Assembly (NCBI GenBank): GCA_005809105.1
Contig: SYLI01000021.1
Coordinates: 245 to 64,244 of the forward strand
Reading direction: 5' to 3'
Length of the DNA stretch: 64,000 nt
From: Verrucomicrobiales bacterium
GTDB taxonomy: Bacteria > Verrucomicrobiota > Verrucomicrobiia > Limisphaerales > UBA1100
Part shown: piece by piece, positions 8,948-16,987 of the stretch
How the letters are laid out: every line of letters starts with the position of its first letter
Position numbering within the stretch: position 1 is the first letter of the stretch
Program-made: the position numbers and the translations under genes
The notes under the pieces: generated by a model
What the model saw: the letters and a program-made list of their open reading frames with translations, nothing else
What the model was told of the DNA's origin: nothing
Database searches by the model: none

Positions 8948-10000
8948 TCAGTCGCCCTCCGGGGCGGGTGCTGCCGCCACCGTTTGGAGCCGCGCGCTCA
9001 GCACCTTTTCGATGCGGTTGAACCGCCGCAAGAGTTCGGGCAGCCGCTGCAGTGCCAGCAGTTGTCGCTTCATCTGTTTGTCCGGCTGCGCAGGCGTGCC
9101 GAACCATTTCTCGCCCGCGCCGATGTCGTGCATCACGCCGGATTGCGCGGCGATGGTGACATTGTCGCCGATGCGAAGGTGCCCCGCCAGCCCCACCTGG
9201 CCGGCGAGGATGACATGATGGCCCAGCTTGGTGCTGCCGGCGACGCCCGCCTGGGCCACCACCAGACAGTGGTCACCCGTGGACACGTTGTGCGCAATCT
9301 GGACGAGGTTGTCGATTTTCGTGCCCTTGCCAATCACCGTCGGACCCAGCGCGCCCCGGTCGATGGTGACATTCGCGCCAATCTCCACGTCGTCGTGAAT
9401 GACCACGTTGCCAATCTGCGGAACCTTGATGTGCCGGCCGCCTTCCTGCACATAGCCAAAGCCATCAGAGCCCACCACCGTGCCGGCGTGGATGCGCACG
9501 CGGTTTCCCAGCTCGGTGCGCGGATAGAGCGTCACGTTGTGAAAGATGGAACAGTCCTCGCCGATGGTGCATCCCTCATCCACGTAGTTGTTGCCGTGCA
9601 ACACCGAGCGCGCGCCCACCTGCACGTGGTCGCACACGATGACGTGGGCTCCGATGCACGCCTCGGGGTGCACCTGGGCCTTGGGGGAAATGAGGGCCGA
9701 GGGATGGATGCCGCGCGGCGGCTGCGGCTCTGGATAAAACAGCGGCACCACTTTGGCAAACGCGGTGCGCGCGCTGGCCACGCGGATGAGCACCTTGCGC
9801 TCGGAGACGAAGGGCTTGTCGATGATGATGGCGCTGGCGGCGCTTTGCTCGGCGCGCTCGAAGAAGGTCTTGTTCTCCGCAAAGGTGAGGTCACCGGCGC
9901 GGGCGCGGTCGGCGGCTTGAAACCCGGTGAGGGGCATGGTGGGGTCGCCCACCACCGTGCCGCCCAAAAGGGCGGCGATGTCTCCCACGGTGTATCGCAT
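8948..10000 (-). CDS. lpxD: UDP-3-O-(3-hydroxyacyl)glucosamine N-acyltransferase
   Basis: N-terminal MRYTVGDIAALLGG...; long run of hexapeptide (left-handed beta-helix) repeats; 350 aa. Confidence 0.9.
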   Translation of the reverse strand: MRYTVGDIAALLGGTVVGDPTMPLTGFQAADRARAGDLTFAENKTFFERAEQSAASAIIIDKPFVSERKVLIRVASARTAFAKVVPLFYPEPQPPRGIHPSALISPKAQVHPEACIGAHVIVCDHVQVGARSVLHGNNYVDEGCTIGEDCSIFHNVTLYPRTELGNRVRIHAGTVVGSDGFGYVQEGGRHIKVPQIGNVVIHDDVEIGANVTIDRGALGPTVIGKGTKIDNLVQIAHNVSTGDHCLVVAQAGVAGSTKLGHHVILAGQVGLAGHLRIGDNVTIAAQSGVMHDIGAGEKWFGTPAQPDKQMKRQLLALQRLPELLRRFNRIEKVLSARLQTVAAAPAPEGD

Positions 10001-10030
10001 GGCTAAAGCCTTCTAACGATGCGTCGGCGT

Positions 10031-10393
10031 TCAAACGCCGCGCGTGCTGATGATGGCGTTGCCCTCGCCGAGCACAACTACTTTCGGGTGCCAGGTGGTG
10101 GCAGCGCCCATGTCCATCCACGCAAAAGTCATTACCGTCAACCGGTCGCCCACGCTGCCGAGATGCGCCGTCGCGCCGTTGAGAATGATGGCCCGGCCGC
10201 CGTGCTCGCCTGGAATGGCATAGGTCTCAAAGCGGTTGCCATTGGCCAGATTGCCGCACAGCACCCGCTCATAGGGCAGCAGGCCGGCCGCCTTCATGAG
10301 TTCGGAGTCGATCGTCAGGCTGCCCTCGTAATTCACGTTGGAATCGGTGACCTGCGCGCGGTGAATCTTGGACTTGAGCAGGTGGACTTGCAT
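10031..10393 (-). CDS. panD: Aspartate 1-decarboxylase
   Basis: MQVHLLKSKIHRAQVTDSNVNYEGSLTID (self-processing G-S site); 120 aa. Confidence 0.95.
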   Translation of the reverse strand: MQVHLLKSKIHRAQVTDSNVNYEGSLTIDSELMKAAGLLPYERVLCGNLANGNRFETYAIPGEHGGRAIILNGATAHLGSVGDRLTVMTFAWMDMGAATTWHPKVVVLGEGNAIISTRGV

Positions 10394-10407
10394 CGTTGGT
10401 CGGTGCC

Positions 10408-10436
10408 TTGACTTGGCGAAGGCGCGCCAATATAAA
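10408..10436 (+). promoter_or_regulatory. Candidate sigma70-type promoter for the oxidoreductase gene at 10490
   Basis: TTGACT (10408-10413), 17-nt spacer, TATAAA (10431-10436). Lies in the divergent panD/oxidoreductase intergenic region, ~54 nt upstream of the ATG. Motif match only. Confidence 0.45.
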
Positions 10437-10489
10437 GGCCGCGCAACCTAATTCAACCCCTACTTTTCGCGTCCATTAGGATACCTCTC

Positions 10490-11653
10490 ATGAGCAGAAA
10501 AATTCGCTACGGCATGGTGGGCGGCGGTCGCGGGGCGTTCATCGGCGCCGTTCACCGTATTGCCGCCAACATGGATGGACAGATTGAGCTTAAGTGCGGC
10601 GCCTTCTCCAGCGATCCGGAGCGCAGCCGTGCCAGTGGCGCCGACCTTTTTCTGGATCCCGACCGGTGCTACGGCACATTCCAGGAGATGATCCGCGCCG
10701 AGGCCAAGCTGCCGGCCTCCCAGCGGATGGACTTTGTCGCCATCGTCACGCCAAACCATATGCACTTCCCACCGGCCAGGATGGCGCTGGAGAATGGCTT
10801 TCATGTGCTGAGCGACAAGCCCGCCACTTTCAACCTCGCCGAGGCCAAGGCGCTTGCCGCGCTGGTGAAAAAGACCGGCCTGCTCTATGGCCTAACCCAC
10901 AACTACACCGGCTACCCGCTGGTGAAGGAAGCGCGCGACATGGTTCGCGCCGGCAAGCTGGGGAAAATCCGCAAGGTGGTGGTGGAGTATCCGCAGGGGT
11001 GGCTGGCGACGCGGCTCGAAGCCACGGGGCAGAAACAGGCCGGCTGGCGCACCGACCCCAAGCGCAGTGGCGCCGCGGGTTCCATGGGTGACATTGGCAC
11101 CCACGCGGAGAATCTGGCGGAGTACGTCACCGGGCTGCATATCGAGGAATTGGCCGCCGACATCACAACCTTTGTGAAGGGCCGCAGGCTCGATGACGAC
11201 GGCAACGTGCTGCTGCGCTTCAAGGGCGGCGCAAAGGGAGTGCTGCACTGCTCGCAAATCTCCGTGGGCGAGGAGAACAACATCAACCTGCGCGTGTACG
11301 GCGAGAAGGGTGGCATTGAGTGGCACCAGAGAGAGCCCAACTCGATGCTCGTGAAATGGCAGGACCAGCCCATGCAGGTGTACCGCACGGCCAACGGCTA
11401 CCTCGGTGCGAACGCGAAGGCCGCCTCGCGCACGCCTCCGGCGCATCCGGAAGGCTATCTTGAGGCGTTTGCCAATCTGTACCGCAATTTTGCCAATGCC
11501 ATCCGTGCGCACAACGACGGGCGCAAGCCGGCCAGGGACGATGTGGCCAACGACTATCCCAAGATTGAGGATGGTGTGCGTGGCATGGCGTTTATTGAAG
11601 CGGTGCTGAAGTCCTCCAAGGCGAACGCTAGGTGGACAAAGCTGGGGGTGTAG
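10490..11653 (+). CDS. Gfo/Idh/MocA-family oxidoreductase (cytoplasmic type)
   Basis: IRYGMVGGGRGAFIGAVH N-terminal Rossmann motif; SDKP motif; 387 aa. Confidence 0.85.
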   Translation: MSRKIRYGMVGGGRGAFIGAVHRIAANMDGQIELKCGAFSSDPERSRASGADLFLDPDRCYGTFQEMIRAEAKLPASQRMDFVAIVTPNHMHFPPARMALENGFHVLSDKPATFNLAEAKALAALVKKTGLLYGLTHNYTGYPLVKEARDMVRAGKLGKIRKVVVEYPQGWLATRLEATGQKQAGWRTDPKRSGAAGSMGDIGTHAENLAEYVTGLHIEELAADITTFVKGRRLDDDGNVLLRFKGGAKGVLHCSQISVGEENNINLRVYGEKGGIEWHQREPNSMLVKWQDQPMQVYRTANGYLGANAKAASRTPPAHPEGYLEAFANLYRNFANAIRAHNDGRKPARDDVANDYPKIEDGVRGMAFIEAVLKSSKANARWTKLGV

Positions 11654-11665
11654 AGCCAACAAACC

Positions 11666-12199
11666 TCACTCTGGCAGACCAAGCCAAGCCAGCGGGAGCG
11701 ATCCAAACTTGTACTGGCAGTTCACGCTGTGGATGTAGTCCAGCACATCCTTGTAGCAGGGTTGCCGAAACCAATCGTTTAGCACGTAAACGTATTCGAC
11801 CCTCAGTCCAAGCCCAGCAACCAGTTTCTGGTATTGCTTCCTCTTGAAGTCGCAGGTCTGGAGCTTCTCATCCACGGAGCCTGCTACCTGTTGGTACTTC
11901 ACCTCGATGATGAAGAGGGTTTCCCGCACGATGACCAGCAGAGCGTCATCCGGCAGCAACTGCTTCGAAATCTTGGGTTCCCAATCTACGTCTTCCTCTT
12001 CCAAATAATTGTAGAAATCGTGCTTCCGAAAACAGCGGGCGACCAGTTCGCCTTTGAAGTAAACGCCCTTGCCGGCCTTGCCCGGTATGGGCTTCACTTC
12101 GTAGCCCGGCTTTGCAGCAAGCAAGTTTTGGAAATCCACTTCCTGCTCAAAGTCCAGCCCCGTGAGAGTATTGGCACCGCCGACGCCGCCCTCTTTCAT
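11666..12199 (-). CDS. Type II restriction endonuclease candidate, PD-(D/E)xK fold, 177 aa, specificity unknown
   Basis: Start trimmed to the ATG at 12199 (MKEGGVGGANTLTG...). That ATG forms an ATGA overlap with the stop of the frame-restored methyltransferase. Catalytic-like motif ...LLPDDALLVIVRETLFIIEVKYQ (PD...ExK). ~50% GC versus >60% in the flanks. Confidence 0.65.
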   Translation of the reverse strand: MKEGGVGGANTLTGLDFEQEVDFQNLLAAKPGYEVKPIPGKAGKGVYFKGELVARCFRKHDFYNYLEEEDVDWEPKISKQLLPDDALLVIVRETLFIIEVKYQQVAGSVDEKLQTCDFKRKQYQKLVAGLGLRVEYVYVLNDWFRQPCYKDVLDYIHSVNCQYKFGSLPLAWLGLPE

Positions 12200-13102
12200 G
12201 CGAAGCGGTCTCCTTCCTTCTGATCGGCCTCCCACTTGAGCCGTTGAATCGAGAGCTTGGTATGCGACTCGTCGAGTTCGATGCCGACGCAGTGACGCTT
12301 GGTGCGGACCGCCGTAACAGCGGTGGTACCGCCGCCCAAGAATGGGTCTAGCACCAAGTCGCCCTCTTTGGTGGAAGCGAGGATGCATCGCTCAATCAGC
12401 GCAACTGGCTTCTGCGTGGGGTGTTTGCCTAAACTTTTTTCGGGGGGGGGGGGGGTAAAATCGCCAGACGGTTTTCATCTGTTTCCCTGTGACACTTTTC
12501 ATTTCCTGGTAGTTGAAAAGGTGTTTGCTCTTCTCGTTCCTAGCGGTCCAGATGACCGTCTCGGTGGAATGGGTGAAGTAGCGGCAGGAGAGATTGGGCG
12601 GCGGGTTTGGCTTTTCCCAAGTGATGTCGTTCAGGATCTTGAAGCCGAGCTGCTGCATCGCATAGCCTATCGAGAGAATGACGTGGTGCGTGCCGCTGAC
12701 CCAGATGGTGCCGTTGGGCTTGAGGACGCGTTGGCAGCGGCGGAGCCATTCGAGGTTGAATTCATGGTTGAGTTCTGGCCCGCGCGACTTGTCCCAGGCG
12801 CCCTTGTCCACCTTCACCATCTTCCCGCCGTGGCAAGTGATGCCGCCGTTGGAAAGGAAGTAGGGCGGGTCGGCAAAAATCATGTCGAAGCGCCCCCCGG
12901 GATACTCGGCGTAAATGGCATCGAGCAGTTCGAGGCAGTTGCCGTGGTAAAGCCAGACGCCGCAGGCGTCGTCGTGATAGACGAGATTGGGTGGTGAAGA
13001 CGCGTCGTTGGGACTATCACCATCCGGATGAGCCGCAGGCTTCGCAGGAGCGGGGCGTGTGATGCGTCCGCGCTCACTGCGGCGAGTGGCTTTCTTCGGC
13101 AC
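12196..13102 (-). pseudogene. Beta-class (motif IV before motif I) DNA N6-adenine/N4-cytosine methyltransferase, frameshifted in a C14 (coding-strand) homopolymer; phase-variable gene or assembly error
   Basis: The N-terminal part (track ORF 12392..13102) carries FADPPYF (motif IV). After the tract, the +1 frame reads EKSLGKHPTQKPVALIERCILASTKEGDLVLDPFLGGGTTAV...* (HPTQKP plus AdoMet motif FxGxG) and ends at the TGA at 12196-12198. A tract of 13 or 16 C would give one 301/302-aa protein. Confidence 0.8.
12442..12455. repeat. G14 homopolymer (C14 on the coding strand) inside the methyltransferase gene
   Basis: Counted directly: 12441 c, 12442-12455 g x14, 12456 t. It is the longest homopolymer I saw in the window. 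Confidence 0.95.
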
Positions 13103-13171
13103 GAACGAGATCCATTGATCAGAAGGGCAGATCAGATCAAGTCGTCATTCTTGGCGGAGTCACACCTCAGC

Positions 13172-13199
13172 TTGCCACGAGGTTTCACTTCGCCATACT
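13172..13199 (+). promoter_or_regulatory. Weak candidate sigma70-type promoter upstream of the oxidoreductase gene at 13225
   Basis: TTGCCA (13172-13177), 16-nt spacer, CATACT (13194-13199), ~26 nt before the ATG. Motif match only. Confidence 0.3.
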
Positions 13200-13224
13200 C
13201 GCGGCCCGTTCTACGGAAGTCGAA

Positions 13225-14310
13225 ATGAGCACACTCAACTTCGCCATCATCGGCACCGGCGGCATCACGCTGCAAAACCACCTGCCCGGACTCGCGCTGT
13301 GCAAGGACGTGAAGGTCACGGCGCTGTGCGACGCCAATCCCGCCGCGCTCGAGGCCGCACGACAGCAGACCGGTGTCGCCATCACTTCCACGAAGTGGGA
13401 GGACATCATCGCGCGCGACGACGTGCATGCGGTGATCATCGCTACGCCCAATGTCTTTCATCCGCCCATCGCTATCACGGCCGCGCGCAGCGGCAAGCAT
13501 GTGCTCTCCGAGAAGCCGCTCGCGCTCAACGCCGCCGATGCCCGTGCGATGGCCGCCGAGGCCGACCGCGCCAACGTGCGGCACATGACGGCCTTTACCT
13601 ACCGCTTCGTGCCGGCGATGCGCTACCTGCATCACCTGATCCGGCGCGGCGATGCCGGGCGGATCTACCACTATCGCTCGTGTCGCCTGCAGGACTGGGG
13701 CACGCGCAGCGTCGGCTGGCGCATGCAGAAGAAGATGGCCGGCACCGGCGAGATCGGCGACATGCTCTCGCACCGGATTGATTTCGCGCGGCATCTTGTG
13801 AGCGAGTTCAAGCGGCTTGTGTCGAGCCTTGTGAACCACACGCCCCTCCGCGACGGCCAGCCGAATGACACCGACGACTGGGTCGGCCTGCTCGCGGAGT
13901 TTCAGTGTGGCGCGACGGGCGTCATGGAAAGCAGCAAGCTCGCCAGCGGCGTCAACGAAAGCTGGCGCAGCCCCGACCGCGTGGAGATCAACGGCAGCGA
14001 GGCGAGCTTTAGCTTCACGACGGGCTGCTGGAACGAGCTTCAGATGGGCAAGCTTGGTGGGCCCGGCATGAAGGCACTGCCCATTCCGCGTGAGTTCTAC
14101 GTGCTGCCCGGTTCGCCGCGCGACCCGGGCGTGGGCGATCCGCTCGTGAGTTTCCGCTACGATCAGGCCGTCGAGTTTGTGAACGCCATCCGCGAGCAGC
14201 GCCCCTGCTGCGTCACATTGCACGATGGCGCGCGGGCGCAGGCGGTGATTGATGCCGCAGTGACATCCGCCCAGACGCGCGGCTGGGTGGAACTGGGCGG
14301 CAGCGTGTGA
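13225..14310 (+). CDS. Gfo/Idh/MocA-family oxidoreductase
   Basis: LNFAIIGTGGITLQNHLP Rossmann motif; SEKP motif; 361 aa. Confidence 0.85.
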   Translation: MSTLNFAIIGTGGITLQNHLPGLALCKDVKVTALCDANPAALEAARQQTGVAITSTKWEDIIARDDVHAVIIATPNVFHPPIAITAARSGKHVLSEKPLALNAADARAMAAEADRANVRHMTAFTYRFVPAMRYLHHLIRRGDAGRIYHYRSCRLQDWGTRSVGWRMQKKMAGTGEIGDMLSHRIDFARHLVSEFKRLVSSLVNHTPLRDGQPNDTDDWVGLLAEFQCGATGVMESSKLASGVNESWRSPDRVEINGSEASFSFTTGCWNELQMGKLGGPGMKALPIPREFYVLPGSPRDPGVGDPLVSFRYDQAVEFVNAIREQRPCCVTLHDGARAQAVIDAAVTSAQTRGWVELGGSV

Positions 14311-14316
14311 CGCGGG

Positions 14317-15132
14317 TCAGGTGCTGAACGCTTTCTTCAGGTACTCCAGACTTCGCGTGGCGATGGCCTCGGGGCCTTCCTCAAACTTGAACACCTCCAC
14401 CGACACCACGCCCTCGTAGCCCACCTCGCGAAGGGCCGCGGCGATAGGCACAAAGTCCACCGCGCCAAATCCCGGCCCCTTCAGGTTCTCGTCGTTGGCG
14501 TGAAAGTAGGCAAATTTGCCACGGCTCTCGCGGATGATCTGCGGCACCGGCGCGCCCATGGAGCACATCGCCTTCACATCGAGGATGATTTGAAAGTGCG
14601 GGCTGCCAAACTGGCCAACGAAGCCGATGGCCTCGGTGTGGGTGTTGATGAAGTTGGTGTCAGCGGGCGAAAGCGGTTCGAGGCAAAGCACCACATCGCG
14701 TTCGGCCGCGTGGCCCACGGCCGCCTGAAACACCTCCGTGGCGCGCTGCCATCCCTGCAGGTAGGTGACGCCCTCCTCCAGATTGCGCTGGCGGGGCGAC
14801 CCCACAACGATGGCGCGCCCGCCCAGGTCTGCGCAGAAGTCCACGAGGTGTTTGAGGTAGTCGCCGGTGCGCTGGCGCGTTGCGTTGTCGGGGCAGGTGA
14901 GGTGGAGTCCCTCCGTCTGCGCCAGCACCCAGTGGATGCCTGAGATGAAGATTCCGTGATGTGCCGCTTGCTCCCGCGCATGGCGCCGGGCCGCAGCGGA
15001 AACATCGGTGACCTGCCGGGCCATCGTGAATGGTGCAATCTCCAGGGCGTCATAGCCGGCGCGCGCGACGTAGGCCATCGTGTCGTCCAGCGACCAGTCC
15101 GCGAAGATCTCGTTGCAGATGGCGAATTTCAT
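14317..15132 (-). CDS. Sugar phosphate isomerase/epimerase (xylose isomerase-like TIM barrel)
   Basis: MKFAICNEIF...GYDALEIAPF...; 271 aa; family-typical length and layout. Confidence 0.75.
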   Translation of the reverse strand: MKFAICNEIFADWSLDDTMAYVARAGYDALEIAPFTMARQVTDVSAAARRHAREQAAHHGIFISGIHWVLAQTEGLHLTCPDNATRQRTGDYLKHLVDFCADLGGRAIVVGSPRQRNLEEGVTYLQGWQRATEVFQAAVGHAAERDVVLCLEPLSPADTNFINTHTEAIGFVGQFGSPHFQIILDVKAMCSMGAPVPQIIRESRGKFAYFHANDENLKGPGFGAVDFVPIAAALREVGYEGVVSVEVFKFEEGPEAIATRSLEYLKKAFST

Positions 15133-15175
15133 GGACGATTTGTAAGGTCCGCCGCCAGAGTGCGTCGAGCCTGCG

Positions 15176-15385
15176 ATGAGACTTTTCTACACGGGCCCCG
15201 CGGTGAACACCGAGATGCTCGTGGTGATGCTGGAAAAACACGGCATCGCCGCCTCGCAGGCATTCGCCGGACCCTCGCTGCCCGGAGATGACGATTTAAG
15301 CCGCCCCGCCCACGTCTTCGTGCCCGAAACCGATTACGAACGCGCCCACCAGCTCTTCTACGCCCCGCGCGAGGACGAGCTTTAG
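15176..15385 (+). CDS. Small DUF2007-like (putative signal-transducing, PII-like fold) protein
   Basis: 69-aa ORF with good codon bias. The pattern ...TEMLVVMLEKHGIAA...HVFVPETDYERAHQLF resembles DUF2007 proteins. Confidence 0.45.
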   Translation: MRLFYTGPAVNTEMLVVMLEKHGIAASQAFAGPSLPGDDDLSRPAHVFVPETDYERAHQLFYAPREDEL

Positions 15386-15455
15386 CCTGCATCCCCATCC
15401 CAACCTCCAGTGGGGCAGGGGTGGACATCGGAAACGGGCGGGAGCGCCGCCCCGG

Positions 15456-16928
15456 TCACTTGCCAAAACACATCAGGTGCTTTTCGGTGCGCAGATAGAT
15501 ACGGCCATCCACGATGGCGGGCGTGGACATGACTCCCTCACCCATCTCGTTGCGGGCGACAACCTGCAGCGGCGCGCCGGCCTTGAAGACGGTGGCGATT
15601 CCGCTCTGGGAAATGGCGTAGATGTGGTCGCCTGCCGCCAGAAGGCTGGAGTAGTAGTCGCCCGTCGCGCCGAGTCGCTCGTCGCGAAAGAGGACGTTGC
15701 CCGATTTCGCATCGTAGCAGGTGACCATGCCGCCGCTTCGCACGGTGTAGAGGCGCCCCTGATGATGGAGCGGTGAGGCGATGTAGGGCAGGCTGCGGGT
15801 GTGCTTCCACACGATGTGGCTCTCGGAGAGATTGCCGCTGCCGCCCGGCCGGATGGCAAAGAGGGCGTTCTCTGCCTGCACAAACTGCTCGGCCATGCCT
15901 TCGTACTCAGCGCGGGTCACCGCCCCGTCCTTGTCGAGGTCAAATTGCGTGAAGCGGTCGCGGAAGGGGCCCGGCGGAAATTCTTCCTTGTCGAGCTTGC
16001 CGTCGCGATTCTTGTCCTGCTGCGCCATGAATTCCACAAAGGCAGGCACGACGATGCGGTCTCCCGCGTCACCGCCGATGTTCCAGCTGCCCACGAAGAG
16101 CAGCCCGTTTCCCGCGGCGGGCGAGGCGTTGGCTACACGCGCCAGGCCCCGCGAGCTCCAGAGCACCTGGCCGTTTTCAGGGTGATAGGAGGTCACCCTG
16201 ATGTTGCCATTGGCGATGATTTCCTCGCGGCCCTCGTTCTGCCAGAGGAACGGGGTTGAGAACCCGCGGCGATGCTCCGGTCTCGGCGTCTTCCAAACTT
16301 GGCGGCCGGTGCGCTTGTCCACCGCCAGCAGGAATGAATTGAGGTCGCCGTCGCACAACTGGATCACCCGGTCACCAGCAAGGATGGGCGAGCTTGAGGC
16401 GCCAAACTCCACGATGGGCGCGGGCAGCGGATGCCGCCAGAGTTCGCGGCCTTCGAAATCGTAGGCGAGCAGTCCGTACGATCCAAAGTACACGATGACC
16501 CGCTCGCCGTCGGTGCAGGCCGTGGGCGCGGCGGGATTGCTGATGCGGTGGGCCGCCTCGAGTTTTTCCGCGGGTGCGCTGCGGCTCCAGAGCAATTTGC
16601 CGGTGGATCGCCGTAACGCCAGCGTCACCAGCTTCTTGTCCTCCACACCGGTCAAAAAGAGATGGTCGCCCCAGATGACGGGAGAGGAATGTCCTGGCGG
16701 CAGTGCCGTGCTCCACAGCCGGTTGGTCTGCGGCCCGAAATGCACGGGGGCCGTCCCATTACCGACGGCGACGGCACTGGCGGAGGGGCCACGCAACTGC
16801 GGCCAGTTCGCCGCCTGTGCGTGCTGCGTGATGGCAAGGGCCACGACCCAGCGCAGCGCCCGCCATGCTGCAGTGCGCGGGCAGGTGTAAAATGCAGGGC
16901 GCAGTCGGGGGCATGGGGGAGTCATCAC
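15456..16928 (-). CDS. Secreted PQQ-like/BamB-like beta-propeller repeat protein with an inserted EF-hand pair
   Basis: N-terminal signal peptide. Repeated propeller-blade motifs (WS/WR, ...GDHLFLTG, ...GRLYTV, ...GRIYLRT). Two Ca-binding loops: DKNRDGKLDKEEF and DLDKDGAVTRAEY. Confidence 0.7.
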   Translation of the reverse strand: MMTPPCPRLRPAFYTCPRTAAWRALRWVVALAITQHAQAANWPQLRGPSASAVAVGNGTAPVHFGPQTNRLWSTALPPGHSSPVIWGDHLFLTGVEDKKLVTLALRRSTGKLLWSRSAPAEKLEAAHRISNPAAPTACTDGERVIVYFGSYGLLAYDFEGRELWRHPLPAPIVEFGASSSPILAGDRVIQLCDGDLNSFLLAVDKRTGRQVWKTPRPEHRRGFSTPFLWQNEGREEIIANGNIRVTSYHPENGQVLWSSRGLARVANASPAAGNGLLFVGSWNIGGDAGDRIVVPAFVEFMAQQDKNRDGKLDKEEFPPGPFRDRFTQFDLDKDGAVTRAEYEGMAEQFVQAENALFAIRPGGSGNLSESHIVWKHTRSLPYIASPLHHQGRLYTVRSGGMVTCYDAKSGNVLFRDERLGATGDYYSSLLAAGDHIYAISQSGIATVFKAGAPLQVVARNEMGEGVMSTPAIVDGRIYLRTEKHLMCFGK

Positions 16929-16987
16929 GGGCAGCAGAGTAGCCTGCGCCCGAAAATGCTCAACCCAAACCTCGCTGGCAACGCCGC

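Noticed and set aside
12200-12388. Upstream extension of the endonuclease ORF (track ORF 11666..12388)
   Set aside because: This stretch is really the out-of-frame C-terminal coding region of the methyltransferase (HPTQKP...FLGGGTT in another frame). The nuclease most plausibly starts at the ATG at 12199, which overlaps the methylase stop.
11654-13224. Mobile-element boundaries around the R-M island
   Set aside because: No integrase or transposase gene, tRNA target or flanking direct/inverted repeats could be found by eye. Only the GC drop supports foreign origin, so no mobile_element feature was called.
15430-15455. Possible intrinsic terminator after the PQQ-propeller gene (GGGCGG-5 nt-CCGCCC hairpin at 15436-15452, then GUUUCC on the minus strand)
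   Set aside because: The stem is only 6 bp and the U-tract is only 3 nt. This is too weak to call without transcript data.
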